Source of the DNA: Abditibacterium sp. | GTDB taxonomy: Bacteria > Armatimonadota > Abditibacteriia > Abditibacteriales > Abditibacteriaceae | Reading direction: 5' to 3' | DNA: 64,000 bases | Assembly (NCBI GenBank): GCA_965199495.1 | Contig: CBDASK010000003.1 | Coordinates: 32,001 to 96,000, forward strand | Part shown: piece by piece, positions 38,142-48,383 of the stretch | Layout: each line of letters begins with the position of its first letter | How positions within the stretch are numbered: the stretch's first letter is position 1 | Made by a program: the position numbers and the translations under genes | The notes under the pieces: generated by a model | Databases searched by the model: none | Seen by the model: the letters and a program-made list of their open reading frames with translations, nothing else | Told to the model about the DNA's origin: nothing

Positions 38142-39356
38142 ATGAAATTCACGGTTTTCATCGCCAGCATTTTGGCGTTCGCCGCTCCCATTGCTCACGC
38201 GCAGGATGCGTCTAACGTCAACGGCTATAGCGCGTTAGTTGAGGCCGGAAAACTCATCATGCCCGATGCCAGAGACGAAATGCGCGACCTCGTGCCGCCC
38301 GCCGAAAATCTGGCGCGCCAAAGGGCATCGGTTGAGCGCAATGCAATCGCGTTGGTTTTAGCGCGCGAGGCGTTGGCGCAACCAATTACGATCCCTGCGC
38401 CTGAAAGTCCGCAGAATATCAGCGCAGAAAGTCTCATAGATTTTCAAAAGTTAGCGCGCCAATTTCTCGCGGAATCAGACGTGCGCTTGGCCAATAGTGA
38501 CGCGGCGGGCGCGCTCGATTCGCGTTTGACGATGCTGCAACTCGGTCGTGCCACCGCGCATGATGCGCCTTACACTCACACGCTGGTTGGCCTGAGCATC
38601 GAAGGCATGGCGCGCAAAAACATCGAGTTCGTCGCGGCCCGGTTGGATGCGCCGCAAATTCGCGCGGCGCTGATTCGATTGGATTCGATCAACGCACAAA
38701 GCACAAATTTAGTCGCCGTTCTAAGAGTCGAGAAACCGTCAACGCTACGAGCCGTCGGCGCGGCGTTATCCGCCGTCACGCCGCAAGACTTGAACAAATC
38801 AAAGGCCATACTCGCGACACCCGAAGGCCGCCGTGAAGCCGGGCTTTCGGACGAAGAGGCCAAACTTTCCGTCGAGTTGTTAGAAATGAACGCGGAATTG
38901 GTCAAAGCGAAAATTGGCGAGGCCTTCGATTTTTATATCGCGCGCGCAGACTTACCCTATCAACAATCGCTTTCCAATTTCCCCAACCCCAACCCAGCGA
39001 CTGACGTGTTTTCAGACAAATTTAAAGATCCGCTAATACGCTTTGTTTTTGAGCGCAATCGCGTTAACAATGATTGGCTACGCGCCGCGCTCGAACTGCG
39101 CGCCATCCAACTGGAAACCGGCCAATATCCAGCGAGTTACGACGCCGGAACCGATCCGTTTTCTTTCCCCACTGCGTCCTACATTTACCGGCGTGAAGCC
39201 GACAAATATCTGCTTTATAGCGTCGGGCCTGACGGCAAAGACGAGGGCGGCGCCGAAATTCAGACGCTGCAAACCAACTCGCAAACCGGAGTCAATAGCG
39301 TCAATAGCGTTTTGAACACCAACTCGCTCGGTGACATCGTTGCCCCAATATTTTAG
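38142..39356 (+). CDS. Exported hypothetical protein with C-terminal LYSVGPDGxD motif
   Basis: Signal peptide ending AHA-Q; DPFS..YIYR..LYSVGPDGKDEGG. Confidence 0.75.
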   Translation: MKFTVFIASILAFAAPIAHAQDASNVNGYSALVEAGKLIMPDARDEMRDLVPPAENLARQRASVERNAIALVLAREALAQPITIPAPESPQNISAESLIDFQKLARQFLAESDVRLANSDAAGALDSRLTMLQLGRATAHDAPYTHTLVGLSIEGMARKNIEFVAARLDAPQIRAALIRLDSINAQSTNLVAVLRVEKPSTLRAVGAALSAVTPQDLNKSKAILATPEGRREAGLSDEEAKLSVELLEMNAELVKAKIGEAFDFYIARADLPYQQSLSNFPNPNPATDVFSDKFKDPLIRFVFERNRVNNDWLRAALELRAIQLETGQYPASYDAGTDPFSFPTASYIYRREADKYLLYSVGPDGKDEGGAEIQTLQTNSQTGVNSVNSVLNTNSLGDIVAPIF

Positions 39357-39363
39357 CACGATA

Positions 39364-41421
39364 TTATCCGCCGACGTGAACGCGCGGACGCCGCGCCGGA
39401 TCAGGTTCGGCTTCGCGCAAAACTTCGTGGGTGACGGGCGGCACGTCGCCCTGACCGAAGACGATGTAGTTGAAGATGTAAACCAGCGGATTGCCTTCCG
39501 TCCACGCGAAATAAACGTGGGGAATGACGCCGGTTTCGTCGCGAATGCGCAGCATCAAAGCGGCGATGGCGTTGGGCACCGTCGTGGCGTAAACGCGCAA
39601 AATTTGAAAGCCGTGACGTTCTTCGCCGCGCACGTTGATGGCGCCCGAAAAGTTGGAGGCGTCCACAACCGTCACTTCGAGAAAGATAATCGGGTCGCCT
39701 TCGGGAATGTGATTGTTCTCACGCTTTTCCAATTCTTTCTCGCGATATTCGGCTTCGTCGCGCGCGCCGGGATGGTTGGCGACGATGCGGATGTGGCCAC
39801 GCGCAGCCTGCTCGATAATTTCCTGCGCTTTAGTATCAATGTTGAACTCTTCGGCGCGCAGTTCGGTGGTGCGATAAACGCGCGATAACAGCGACAACGC
39901 TACGATGCCCGCGATGAAAATCAAGGCGATTTTCAGGCCGCCCGGATCGTCGCGGATGGTGACGGCGGTGGTATAAACGAAAATCGCGCACACGATGCCA
40001 AAACCAATCATCATTTTGGTCTGGCCCGCGCGTTTGGCGCTCATCGTCACGGCGACGGTGGCTGATGTCATCAACGCCAAAACGCCCGTCGCGTAGGCTC
40101 CGGCCTGCGCCTCGACATCGGCGTGAAAGGCGATGGTCACCAGAAAACAGATGCCGGTAAATATCAGCGTGAGCGGGCGCGTGGCGCGCATCCATTCGGG
40201 CGCCATGCCATAGCGCGGCAGATAGCGCGGCATGATGTTCAAAAGCCCGGCCATCGCCGAGGCGCCCGCGAACCACAAAATGCAGATCGTCGAGATGTCG
40301 TAGGCGGTACCGAAACCGTCGCCGAAAATATCGTGCGCCATGAACGCGAGCGCGCGCCCATACGCTTTGCCCGCTGGTTGCGCGGGCACGGCTTCCTGCG
40401 ACTGAATTTCGGGAGTGGTTTCGGTGCGCTCTTGAAATTCGATGGCGGGTTGCGCGAGTTGAGGCGCCTCAAACTCGGCGGGCGGCACGTAAAGCGTGGT
40501 GACGATCGCCGACAAAATCAGCATCACCGACATGATGCAGGCCGCCAACGTCAGTAGTTTGCGCGCGTTGCGAATGCGGCCCGTCGGCTTGTTTTCGTTG
40601 TCGTCGGGATCGCCCTGAATCAATGGCATCACCACGACGCCGGTTTCAAAGCCCGAAAGCCCCAACGCCAAACGCGGAAAAACCAAAAGCGAGGCGCCAA
40701 ACATCGCCAGATAGCCGGAATGTTCGGTAAAAAGTCGCGCTTTCCAACTGGAAATCAGCGCCGGATGATGGACGATCTGCAAGAAGCCACCGCCAATCAC
40801 CACCAAGTTCATCAGGATGAAAACGATGACCAAGGCGACCGCAATGCCGATGGCTTCGCCGAAACCTTTCAAGAAAACCGCGCCCAGCAAACTAATAAGA
40901 AACAGCGTAATCAACACGTTTTCGCCGTGCAGAAACGCGGGCGCGAACGGATTCTCGACGACGTGCGCCGCCGCGTCCGCCGCCGACAAAGTGATGGTAA
41001 TAATGAAACCGGTCGCCGCGAAACCGATGAGGGCCAGCACGAACATTTTGCCCTGCCACCATTTCAGCACGGTTTCGAGCATCGAAATCGAGCCGTCGCC
41101 GTGCGGCGATTCGTAGGCCACGCGCCGATACATCGGGAGCGCGCCGAACAGCGTCAAAATCACCAGAATCAGCGTGGCAAACGGCGCGAGAGCGCCCGCC
41201 GCCAGCGCCGCAATGCCCGGCTGATAACCCAATGTAGAAAAATAATCCACGCCCGTCAGGCACATCACTTTCCACCACGCGTGCGTATGTTCGACTTTGG
41301 ATTCGGAAATGCCGGGGCCTTCGTGCGTGCCGTCAACACGATGAGAGCGAGGGCCATCGGGCGAATCGTGTTGCGCGCTGGGCGAATCGGCTTGCAGTAA
41401 CCACTTACTAAATGCGGACAT
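39364..41421 (-). CDS. APC superfamily (amino acid/cation) transporter, paralog 1
   Basis: [35 protein letters not shown]; ~12 TM helices. Confidence 0.88.
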   Translation of the reverse strand: MSAFSKWLLQADSPSAQHDSPDGPRSHRVDGTHEGPGISESKVEHTHAWWKVMCLTGVDYFSTLGYQPGIAALAAGALAPFATLILVILTLFGALPMYRRVAYESPHGDGSISMLETVLKWWQGKMFVLALIGFAATGFIITITLSAADAAAHVVENPFAPAFLHGENVLITLFLISLLGAVFLKGFGEAIGIAVALVIVFILMNLVVIGGGFLQIVHHPALISSWKARLFTEHSGYLAMFGASLLVFPRLALGLSGFETGVVVMPLIQGDPDDNENKPTGRIRNARKLLTLAACIMSVMLILSAIVTTLYVPPAEFEAPQLAQPAIEFQERTETTPEIQSQEAVPAQPAGKAYGRALAFMAHDIFGDGFGTAYDISTICILWFAGASAMAGLLNIMPRYLPRYGMAPEWMRATRPLTLIFTGICFLVTIAFHADVEAQAGAYATGVLALMTSATVAVTMSAKRAGQTKMMIGFGIVCAIFVYTTAVTIRDDPGGLKIALIFIAGIVALSLLSRVYRTTELRAEEFNIDTKAQEIIEQAARGHIRIVANHPGARDEAEYREKELEKRENNHIPEGDPIIFLEVTVVDASNFSGAINVRGEERHGFQILRVYATTVPNAIAALMLRIRDETGVIPHVYFAWTEGNPLVYIFNYIVFGQGDVPPVTHEVLREAEPDPARRPRVHVGG

Positions 41422-41532
41422 GAGCCAAAAGGATAAGGGATAAAGGCCAGAGCATAAAGGATTTTTCTAAGAAATCGCAAATTTATTTCAATTTCTCGAT
41501 AAGATTCCAATGGTCAGACTTTATCCGTTACC

Positions 41533-43566
41533 TTATCCGCTCACATGAATCATCGGGCGGCGTTCGGGAATCGGCTCGGCTTCGCGCAACACTTCGTGGG
41601 TGACGGGCGGCACATCGCCCTGACCCAAAAACAGATATTTGATCAGGAACAACAGCGGGTTGCCCTCGCTCCATGAGAAGTAGGCGTGCGGCATTCCGCC
41701 CGTTACATCGCGAATATGCAGTAGCAACGCCGCGATGGCGTTGGGCACTGTTGTCGCGTAGACACACAGAATTTTAAAGCCGAAACGCTCTTCGCCGCGC
41801 ACTACAATTGCTCCGGCGAAATCGGACGCGTCAACGACGGTGACTTCGAGAAAGACAATCGGATCGTCTTTGGGAATGTGGTTGTTTTGGCGTTTTTGCA
41901 GTTCTTTGCGGCGATACTCTTCCTCAGTACGCGCCCCCGGATGGTGCGCGATCATGCGAATATCACCGCGCGCCGAATCGTTGATAATTTCCTGAGCTTT
42001 GTCGTCGAACTTGAACTCTTCGACGCGCAGTTCAGTCGTGCGATAGATGCGCGAAATCAGCGAAACGACGATGATGGCGCCGATGAAAATCGAGGCGATT
42101 TTAATGCCTTCGGGCCGCTCGATGATGTTGTCTGCCGTCGTATAAAAGAAGACGAGCGCGATCAAGGCGAACAGCGCGGTTTTGAGTTGGTTGCCCTTCT
42201 TCTGGACGGCCAACGTCACGGCAAAGGCCGCGCTCGTCATCAAAACCAACACGCCTGTGGCATAGGCGCCGCCCTGCGCATCAACGTCGGCCTGAAATAT
42301 CCACGTCACGATAAAAGCGATGACCGCGAATATCAAAACCAACGGTCTGGTCGCCCGCGCCCAATTGGGCGCCATGCCATAGCGCGGCAGATAACGCGGC
42401 ACGACGTTGAGCAGTCCGGCCATCGCGGAGGCGCCCGCGAACCACAAAATGCAGACGGTCGAAATGTCGTAAACCGTGCCGAAACCTTCGCCCAGATATT
42501 GATGCGCCATATAAGCCAGCGCGCGCCCGTTGGCTTTGCCCGCCGGAGTTGGCGGCACGGCATCCTGCGCCAAAATTTCGGGTTGCGTGTCGGTGGCTGC
42601 CTGATAAGCGATGGCCGGGCGCCCCGGATCGGCGGCGGCAAATTGCTCGGCGGGAATCAAAAGCGTCGTCACCAAACTGCTCAAAATCAGGTAAACGCTC
42701 ATAATTACCGCGACAGTCGTCAGCAGTTTGTGCGTATTTTTAATGCGCCCGACCGGATTGGATTTGGTATCGGTTGCATCGCCTTTGACGAGGGGCATCA
42801 CCACGACGCCGGTCTCGAAACCCGACATGCCCAGCGCGAGTTTGGGGAACAACAGCAGCGAAACCCCCAGAACTGACAAGATATTGGGATGGGGCGCCGC
42901 AAAAATCGCGCTTTTCCACGCGGGCCAGTGCTGCGGCTCGACCGCGATGTGATACAAACCCACACCGATGACCGTCGCGTTGAGCACCAGAAACACGCTG
43001 ACCAAAACGACGGCGATGCCGATGGCCTCTTTGAAACCTTTGAGAAAAACGCCCGCCAAAATCGCGACCAAAGCCAGCGTGATGCCCACGCTATGTTCGC
43101 GCGCCAGATGCGCGGTAATGGGGTTTTCGACGATGTGCGCCGCCGCGTCCGCCGCCGATAAAGTGATAGTGATGATGAAATCGGTCGCCACGAAGCCCAG
43201 CAAAACCAAAACGAACAGTTTGCCGTTCCACTGCGGCAACAGCCTTTCGAGCATCGCGATGGAGCCTTCGCCGTGCGGACTTTTCTCGGCGACTTTTTTA
43301 TACATCGGCAGCGCGCCGAATAAAGTGAGCAAAACCAGAATCAACGTGGCAAACGGCGACAAAGCGCCCGCCGCGAGGGCGGCGATGCCGGGCTGATAGC
43401 CCAAAGTCGAGAAGTAATCCACGCCCGTCAGACAGCCGACCTGCCACCACGGGTGAGTGTGGTCGTGGGCCTGCTCTTCGGAGATGCCGGGGCCTTCGTG
43501 AATGCCGTCGCGGTTGTGATCAGACGAGGAATCTTGTTCGAGGAGCCAGTGAGAAAGTGCGGACAT
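41533..43566 (-). CDS. APC superfamily transporter, paralog 2
   Basis: [35 protein letters not shown]; colinear with the adjacent gene. Confidence 0.88.
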   Translation of the reverse strand: MSALSHWLLEQDSSSDHNRDGIHEGPGISEEQAHDHTHPWWQVGCLTGVDYFSTLGYQPGIAALAAGALSPFATLILVLLTLFGALPMYKKVAEKSPHGEGSIAMLERLLPQWNGKLFVLVLLGFVATDFIITITLSAADAAAHIVENPITAHLAREHSVGITLALVAILAGVFLKGFKEAIGIAVVLVSVFLVLNATVIGVGLYHIAVEPQHWPAWKSAIFAAPHPNILSVLGVSLLLFPKLALGMSGFETGVVVMPLVKGDATDTKSNPVGRIKNTHKLLTTVAVIMSVYLILSSLVTTLLIPAEQFAAADPGRPAIAYQAATDTQPEILAQDAVPPTPAGKANGRALAYMAHQYLGEGFGTVYDISTVCILWFAGASAMAGLLNVVPRYLPRYGMAPNWARATRPLVLIFAVIAFIVTWIFQADVDAQGGAYATGVLVLMTSAAFAVTLAVQKKGNQLKTALFALIALVFFYTTADNIIERPEGIKIASIFIGAIIVVSLISRIYRTTELRVEEFKFDDKAQEIINDSARGDIRMIAHHPGARTEEEYRRKELQKRQNNHIPKDDPIVFLEVTVVDASDFAGAIVVRGEERFGFKILCVYATTVPNAIAALLLHIRDVTGGMPHAYFSWSEGNPLLFLIKYLFLGQGDVPPVTHEVLREAEPIPERRPMIHVSG

Positions 43567-43827
43567 TTTATTTAACTCACCGAGTTAAGAACTTTCCCAT
43601 TGTGCGCGCAATGTAATTTTTTTAATTGAGTGTTGTTTATGAAAATAAGGAACGATGACGCAAATTTTTTGACGCCATTTGTCCGCAAAATTAAGGGGTT
43701 TCAAAGGCAAGAGCGCAAGATTTGCGCGTAGCCCCTCAACCGCGTGAGTTCAGCGATAGTATTCAGAAACGATTTGTTTCGATAAAAATAGAAGACAATG
43801 TTTGAAACCTCACGAAAATGGGTATAA

Positions 43828-43847
43828 TCAAGATAGCGCTATCTTGA
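43828..43847. promoter_or_regulatory. Probable LacI-family operator overlapping the regulator's own promoter
   Basis: Perfect 20-bp palindrome TCAAGATAGCGCTATCTTGA with central CG, abutting TATAAT (43823-43828). Confidence 0.72.
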
Positions 43848-43890
43848 GTTGGAGTCATTCTGGACGCAGAGTAACGATTTCCGATTTCTT

Positions 43891-44988
43891 ATGAGTTTCT
43901 CCACACCTTCTGCCTCTCCTTCGGCAACGCGTCGTTCTTTGGGCGCGGTGACGCTCGGCGATGTGGCGCGCGCGGTGGGAGTGGCGCCGATGACGGTTTC
44001 ACGCGTACTCAATGGGCGCGGCAACGTGGCGCCCGAAACTCAAGTGGCGGTGCGGCAAGCGGTCGAAAAGTTGGGTTACGAGCCGAATCGCAGCGCGCAA
44101 CATTTGGCGGGCGGGCGCGACCAGCGCACCATCGCGATTTTGTTGGGCGGGCTGGATTTTGACGTGACGCTGCACAAAGTCGCTGACATTCAACGCCAGC
44201 TTTCGGCGCGCGGTTATAATGTGCCGTTGCATACCTTGGGCGCCTTGGTTCCCTCGCAAAAGAACGAACAAACGGCATTGGCGCGCGAGATTCGGCGTCA
44301 GAAACCGCGCGCGCTGATTTGTAAGTTCGGCGCGCTCGCGGCGGACGCGCAGGAGGAAGTGCGGCGCTATCACCGCGAAGGCGGTCTGGTGATTTCGTTC
44401 AACGAACCGGCAGATTTAGAGTGCGATCAAGTGCTGTTCGACCGCGAAGATAATACCTATCAGGCTGCGCGTTATCTGTTGGAGTTGGGGCATCGCGATC
44501 TGGGTTTCTGGGCTTCCGATATTTCGGTTTGGACGACGGAACCGCGCATTCAAGGATTTCGGCGGGCGTTGCGCGAGTTCGGCGCCCCTGCACGTCCGCA
44601 GTGGCAGTTCAGTGGCGGCAGCCACCTCGCCAACGAACGGAGCGGCGCCGAGCTGGCCGCGCAAATTCTGGCGCTGCCGAAACGTCCGACGGGACTGTGC
44701 ATCGTCAACGATTCGGCGGCGGTGATTTGCGTGGGCGAACTGATGCGCGCCGGTCTGCGCGTGCCCGACGACATCAGCGTGATTTCGCACGACGATTTGC
44801 CCATCGCCCACTATGGCGCCGTGCCGCTCACGGCGGTCTCACATCCCATCGAAGCCACAGCCCGCGCCATTGTCGAACTGTTGTGCCAGCGCATCGAAGA
44901 CGGTTTCGACGGCCCACCGCGCCAGCTCAATCTGCGCGGCGAACTGCGCGTGCGCCAAAGCACCGCGCCGCCGCCAACGCGGGATTAA
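43891..44988 (+). CDS. LacI family transcriptional regulator
   Basis: [45 protein letters not shown]. Confidence 0.93.
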   Translation: MSFSTPSASPSATRRSLGAVTLGDVARAVGVAPMTVSRVLNGRGNVAPETQVAVRQAVEKLGYEPNRSAQHLAGGRDQRTIAILLGGLDFDVTLHKVADIQRQLSARGYNVPLHTLGALVPSQKNEQTALAREIRRQKPRALICKFGALAADAQEEVRRYHREGGLVISFNEPADLECDQVLFDREDNTYQAARYLLELGHRDLGFWASDISVWTTEPRIQGFRRALREFGAPARPQWQFSGGSHLANERSGAELAAQILALPKRPTGLCIVNDSAAVICVGELMRAGLRVPDDISVISHDDLPIAHYGAVPLTAVSHPIEATARAIVELLCQRIEDGFDGPPRQLNLRGELRVRQSTAPPPTRD

Positions 44989-45043
44989 AACCAAATTTTT
45001 CCATCTCGACCAAACGCCGAATTTTCGGCCTTCCAAAATTTCC

Positions 45044-45859
45044 ATGATTCACTCCAATTCCTCTCTTTCCTCAGCAACTCAAAAATCGCGTTCGGCGTTT
45101 ACTTTGATAGAATTGCTCGTCGTTATCGCGATTATCGCCATCCTCGCCGCGATCCTGTTTCCCGTCTTCGCGAGGGCGCGCGAAAACGCGCGCCGCTCGT
45201 CTTGCACATCCAATCTCAAGCAGATCGGTTTGGGCGTTTTACAGTATGTGCAGGATTACGACGAGAGTTATCCCTTGGCCGTCACTGGCAGCACTTCGGC
45301 AACTTCACAGCCACCCGTTGGTTGGGCCGATTCGATTCAGCCCTACCTGAAAAGCACGCAGATTTACCAGTGCCCCAGCGACTCGACCGGGCCAACGACT
45401 AATCCCATAACGGTTCAAACTTCCCCAACGCCAGTGGACGCCAGCTATACCGATTACTGGTATAACGCCAATATGAGTAGCGCCGGTGAGGCGACCGGCC
45501 CTTACAATGTGGCGGTCAACATCTCTGCGTTGGCTAATGCTCCACTTACCATTATGGCTGGCGATGGCGAATCGAGAAACGGCACGGCATCTTATCGCTG
45601 CAACGGGGCTGGCTCGGTTGATGGCACGCAATACAGCGATGTATCGAAGCCAGTTAATAGCACAGCTCAGGGTTTCGTATCCACAACTGCCGTGGTGAAT
45701 CGGCACTTGGATGGCACGGTCTTTTTGCTGGCTGACGGGCACGTCAAATGGACTAAAACTAATGGAACCGCTCCCAGAGGTGTGGTTTATCGCGCGCCCA
45801 CCCCATTTGATGGCACCAACGGTTCCGGCGGCGCGCCCACATTTCGCGTTCGCGGGTAA
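45044..45859 (+). CDS. Prepilin-type N-terminal cleavage / DUF1559 (H-X9-DG) protein
   Basis: [63 protein letters not shown]. Confidence 0.92.
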   Translation: MIHSNSSLSSATQKSRSAFTLIELLVVIAIIAILAAILFPVFARARENARRSSCTSNLKQIGLGVLQYVQDYDESYPLAVTGSTSATSQPPVGWADSIQPYLKSTQIYQCPSDSTGPTTNPITVQTSPTPVDASYTDYWYNANMSSAGEATGPYNVAVNISALANAPLTIMAGDGESRNGTASYRCNGAGSVDGTQYSDVSKPVNSTAQGFVSTTAVVNRHLDGTVFLLADGHVKWTKTNGTAPRGVVYRAPTPFDGTNGSGGAPTFRVRG

Positions 45860-45930
45860 ATCGCCCATCGCCGTTTGTCCGTTTGTTCAGCCTCAAAGCG
45901 GCCCCGTCGCTTTGAGGCGTTATTTTTCCC

Positions 45931-48015
45931 ATGAAGATAAAAATCAATTTTTCTTTCGCGCCGTTGGTGATATTGCTCGCCGGTTGCGCGCAATCAATGC
46001 AATCGGCGCAGGCCGCGCCATTGACGCTGGCACCCGGCGTTTCGATTTACGTCGGCGCCGCGCAGCCCGAACCGATTCAGCGCGCCGCGCGCGATTTGGC
46101 GCGCGATTGCCGCACCGTTTTGGGCGCCGATTCGCCGATCGTTACGACGCGCCCGGCGCAAAACGGCCAGCCGTTTATCGAAATTATCGGGCCAAACGAT
46201 GCGGCCACGCGCGCCGACGCCCGCCCCGAAATCGCCGGGCACGAGGCGCACGGCGTCTTCGCTCAGGGCAGCCACGTCGCCTTACAGGGCGCCGATATGC
46301 GCGGCACTATTTACGCGATTTACACGTTTTCCGAGAAATTTTTGGGCGTCAAACCTTTGTGGTTTTGGGCCTCCCAGCCGCCGTTGCCACAGAAATCTAT
46401 CGCGATTCCCGACGACACCGATATTCGTTTCGGCCCGCCTTATGTGCATTGGCGCGCGTGGTTTCCCAACGATACCGATCTATTTTCGCCGTGGAAGAAT
46501 CGCTCGCAAAGCAATTACGACGCGCTTTACGAGACGATGCTGCGGCTCAAACTCAACTGTCTGGAAGGTAGCGTCGCCGACGACAGCAGTTTCGAGGCGC
46601 CTTATCTTTTGGGCCGCGAAGTCGAGACGGCGCGCGCACGCGGCATCGCGTTTGTGGGCCATCACATTCATCCATTGGGCGCCGATTACAATCAATGGGA
46701 CGAATTCTGGCGCAAAATCGAGCATCGCGAGCCGCCCAAATTGTCGGTCAAAAACGTCGCCGAACTCGAAACCTTCTGGCGCTGGAACGCGCAACTCGCC
46801 CAGAGCAACAAGTTAGAAGAAATCTGGCTCATCGGTTTTCGCGGCAACGGCGACCATCCGTTTTGGCAGGATTTCGCCGATGCGCCCGACGATGACAAAG
46901 CGCGCGCCGACATCATTACCGATATGATGCGCCGTCAAGTCGCCATCGTCAAAGAAGTGACGGGCAATCCAGCGCCCGTGATGCGCACCACGCTTTACAA
47001 CGAACTGTCGGATTTCTACGCGCAGGGACTTTTGCGTCCCCTGCCCGAACCCAATTTGATCTGGACGTTCGTGGCCGCTCGCCGCGACCATTACCCGGCG
47101 CCCGACGCGCAAAACGCCAACGTGCCGCCGGGCCAGCCGGTCGGCTACTATTTTAATTTCCAGTTCAACTCGACCGGCGCGCACATCGCACAGGCCGAGG
47201 GGCCGTGGAAAATGGAGCGCAATTTTCGTTTCATCAACGGCATCGCGCCGCGCCCGTTGGAGTTTTCGGTCGTGAACATGGGCAACATCCGCGAATTCGT
47301 CGGCGAAGGCAGCGCCAACGCCGCGATGATGTGGAATTTCGCCGATTTCAACAGTGACAAATGGCTCAATCAGTTTTGCGCGCAGTATTTCGGCGCCCAA
47401 CACGCCGACGCCGTGGCTGCTTTGTATCGCGACTTCTACAATTCGTATTGGCAACAGCGCCCGACCGAAATGGCCGGTTTCGAGCGCCAGTTTATCTTTC
47501 AGGATTTGCGCCTGAGCCGCGCGATGCGCCAGTTGGTTGACGAACTGAAAAAGCCGCAACCAATGGCGCCCGCCGATTTTTTCAAAGATAACGGCACGTC
47601 GGCCAACGCGCGCTACTACAACATCGATCCGCCTGCCGGACAGACGCGCCTCGACGCTTTCATCGCGGGCACCGACGCTTCGGCGCGCAAACTCACGGCG
47701 ATTGTCGCGCGTGGCGAAACCCTGATGGCGCAACTACCCGCCGCCGACCGCACGTTTTTCAACGATGATTTGCTCACACGCGCGCGCTTTTTGGTGGCGG
47801 CCAACCAGACCGCGCATAATCTGGCATTGGCCACGCGCGATGGCAACGACAAAGCCGACAGAGCCGCGCATTTGAGCGCGGCCCGCGCCGCCGCCGCGCA
47901 AATGCAGAGTGCGCTGGCGCCCGCGCAACACGGCCCGTTCGAGACATGGTATCAGCCCGACCGTATCTTCGGAATCAACGAGCGCGTCAATGATATTAAT
48001 GCGCTGAAGCCGTAA
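45931..48015 (+). CDS. Secreted glycoside hydrolase, GH115-like
   Basis: Lipoprotein-like signal LAGC; GADMRGTIYAIYTFSEKFLGV, RAWFPND, LRLKLN, GFRGNGD, VVNMGNIRE. Confidence 0.75.
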   Translation: MKIKINFSFAPLVILLAGCAQSMQSAQAAPLTLAPGVSIYVGAAQPEPIQRAARDLARDCRTVLGADSPIVTTRPAQNGQPFIEIIGPNDAATRADARPEIAGHEAHGVFAQGSHVALQGADMRGTIYAIYTFSEKFLGVKPLWFWASQPPLPQKSIAIPDDTDIRFGPPYVHWRAWFPNDTDLFSPWKNRSQSNYDALYETMLRLKLNCLEGSVADDSSFEAPYLLGREVETARARGIAFVGHHIHPLGADYNQWDEFWRKIEHREPPKLSVKNVAELETFWRWNAQLAQSNKLEEIWLIGFRGNGDHPFWQDFADAPDDDKARADIITDMMRRQVAIVKEVTGNPAPVMRTTLYNELSDFYAQGLLRPLPEPNLIWTFVAARRDHYPAPDAQNANVPPGQPVGYYFNFQFNSTGAHIAQAEGPWKMERNFRFINGIAPRPLEFSVVNMGNIREFVGEGSANAAMMWNFADFNSDKWLNQFCAQYFGAQHADAVAALYRDFYNSYWQQRPTEMAGFERQFIFQDLRLSRAMRQLVDELKKPQPMAPADFFKDNGTSANARYYNIDPPAGQTRLDAFIAGTDASARKLTAIVARGETLMAQLPAADRTFFNDDLLTRARFLVAANQTAHNLALATRDGNDKADRAAHLSAARAAAAQMQSALAPAQHGPFETWYQPDRIFGINERVNDINALKP

Positions 48016-48031
48016 GGCGTGAGGCACTCTG

Positions 48032-48323
48032 CGGGGCTGACGCCCAGGGCAAACGCACTATAAAACTTACAAGCAAGTTCTTTGTCATTCTGAGCGTAGT
48101 GAGGGACGAACGAAGTCGAAGAATCCACAGGTCGCGCATCAACTTAGCTTAAATCTCGTCCAGAGTTATGGATTCTTCGACTTCGTTCGTCCCTCACTAC
48201 GCTCAGAATGACAAAGAACTTGCTTGTAAGTTTTATAGTGCGTTTGCCCTGGAGCTGACGCCCTCTCTTCCAATCGGTGGAGTGCCTCGAAATCATGCCG
48301 ATTGGGAGAGGGCGTCAGCCCCG
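48032..48323. mobile_element. Nested palindromic elements: 209-bp MITE-like unit inserted into a GGGGCTGACGCC REP doublet
   Basis: 84-bp perfect arms 48044-48127 / 48169-48252 flanked by GGCTGACGC (48035-48043) and AGCTGACGC (48253-48261); removing the insert restores an intact doublet. Confidence 0.8.
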
Positions 48324-48383
48324 GAAAACGTTTCAGCTACTACAAAGTTGAACTGTCGGATGAGATGTTAAGGCGCAAAATTC

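Noticed and set aside
38142..39356. Gene 8 nt downstream of the RT as part of the retron system
   Set aside because: It has a signal peptide and a generic LYSVGPDG motif, and a TATAAT overlaps the RT stop codon; there is no evidence of functional linkage, though it is not excluded.
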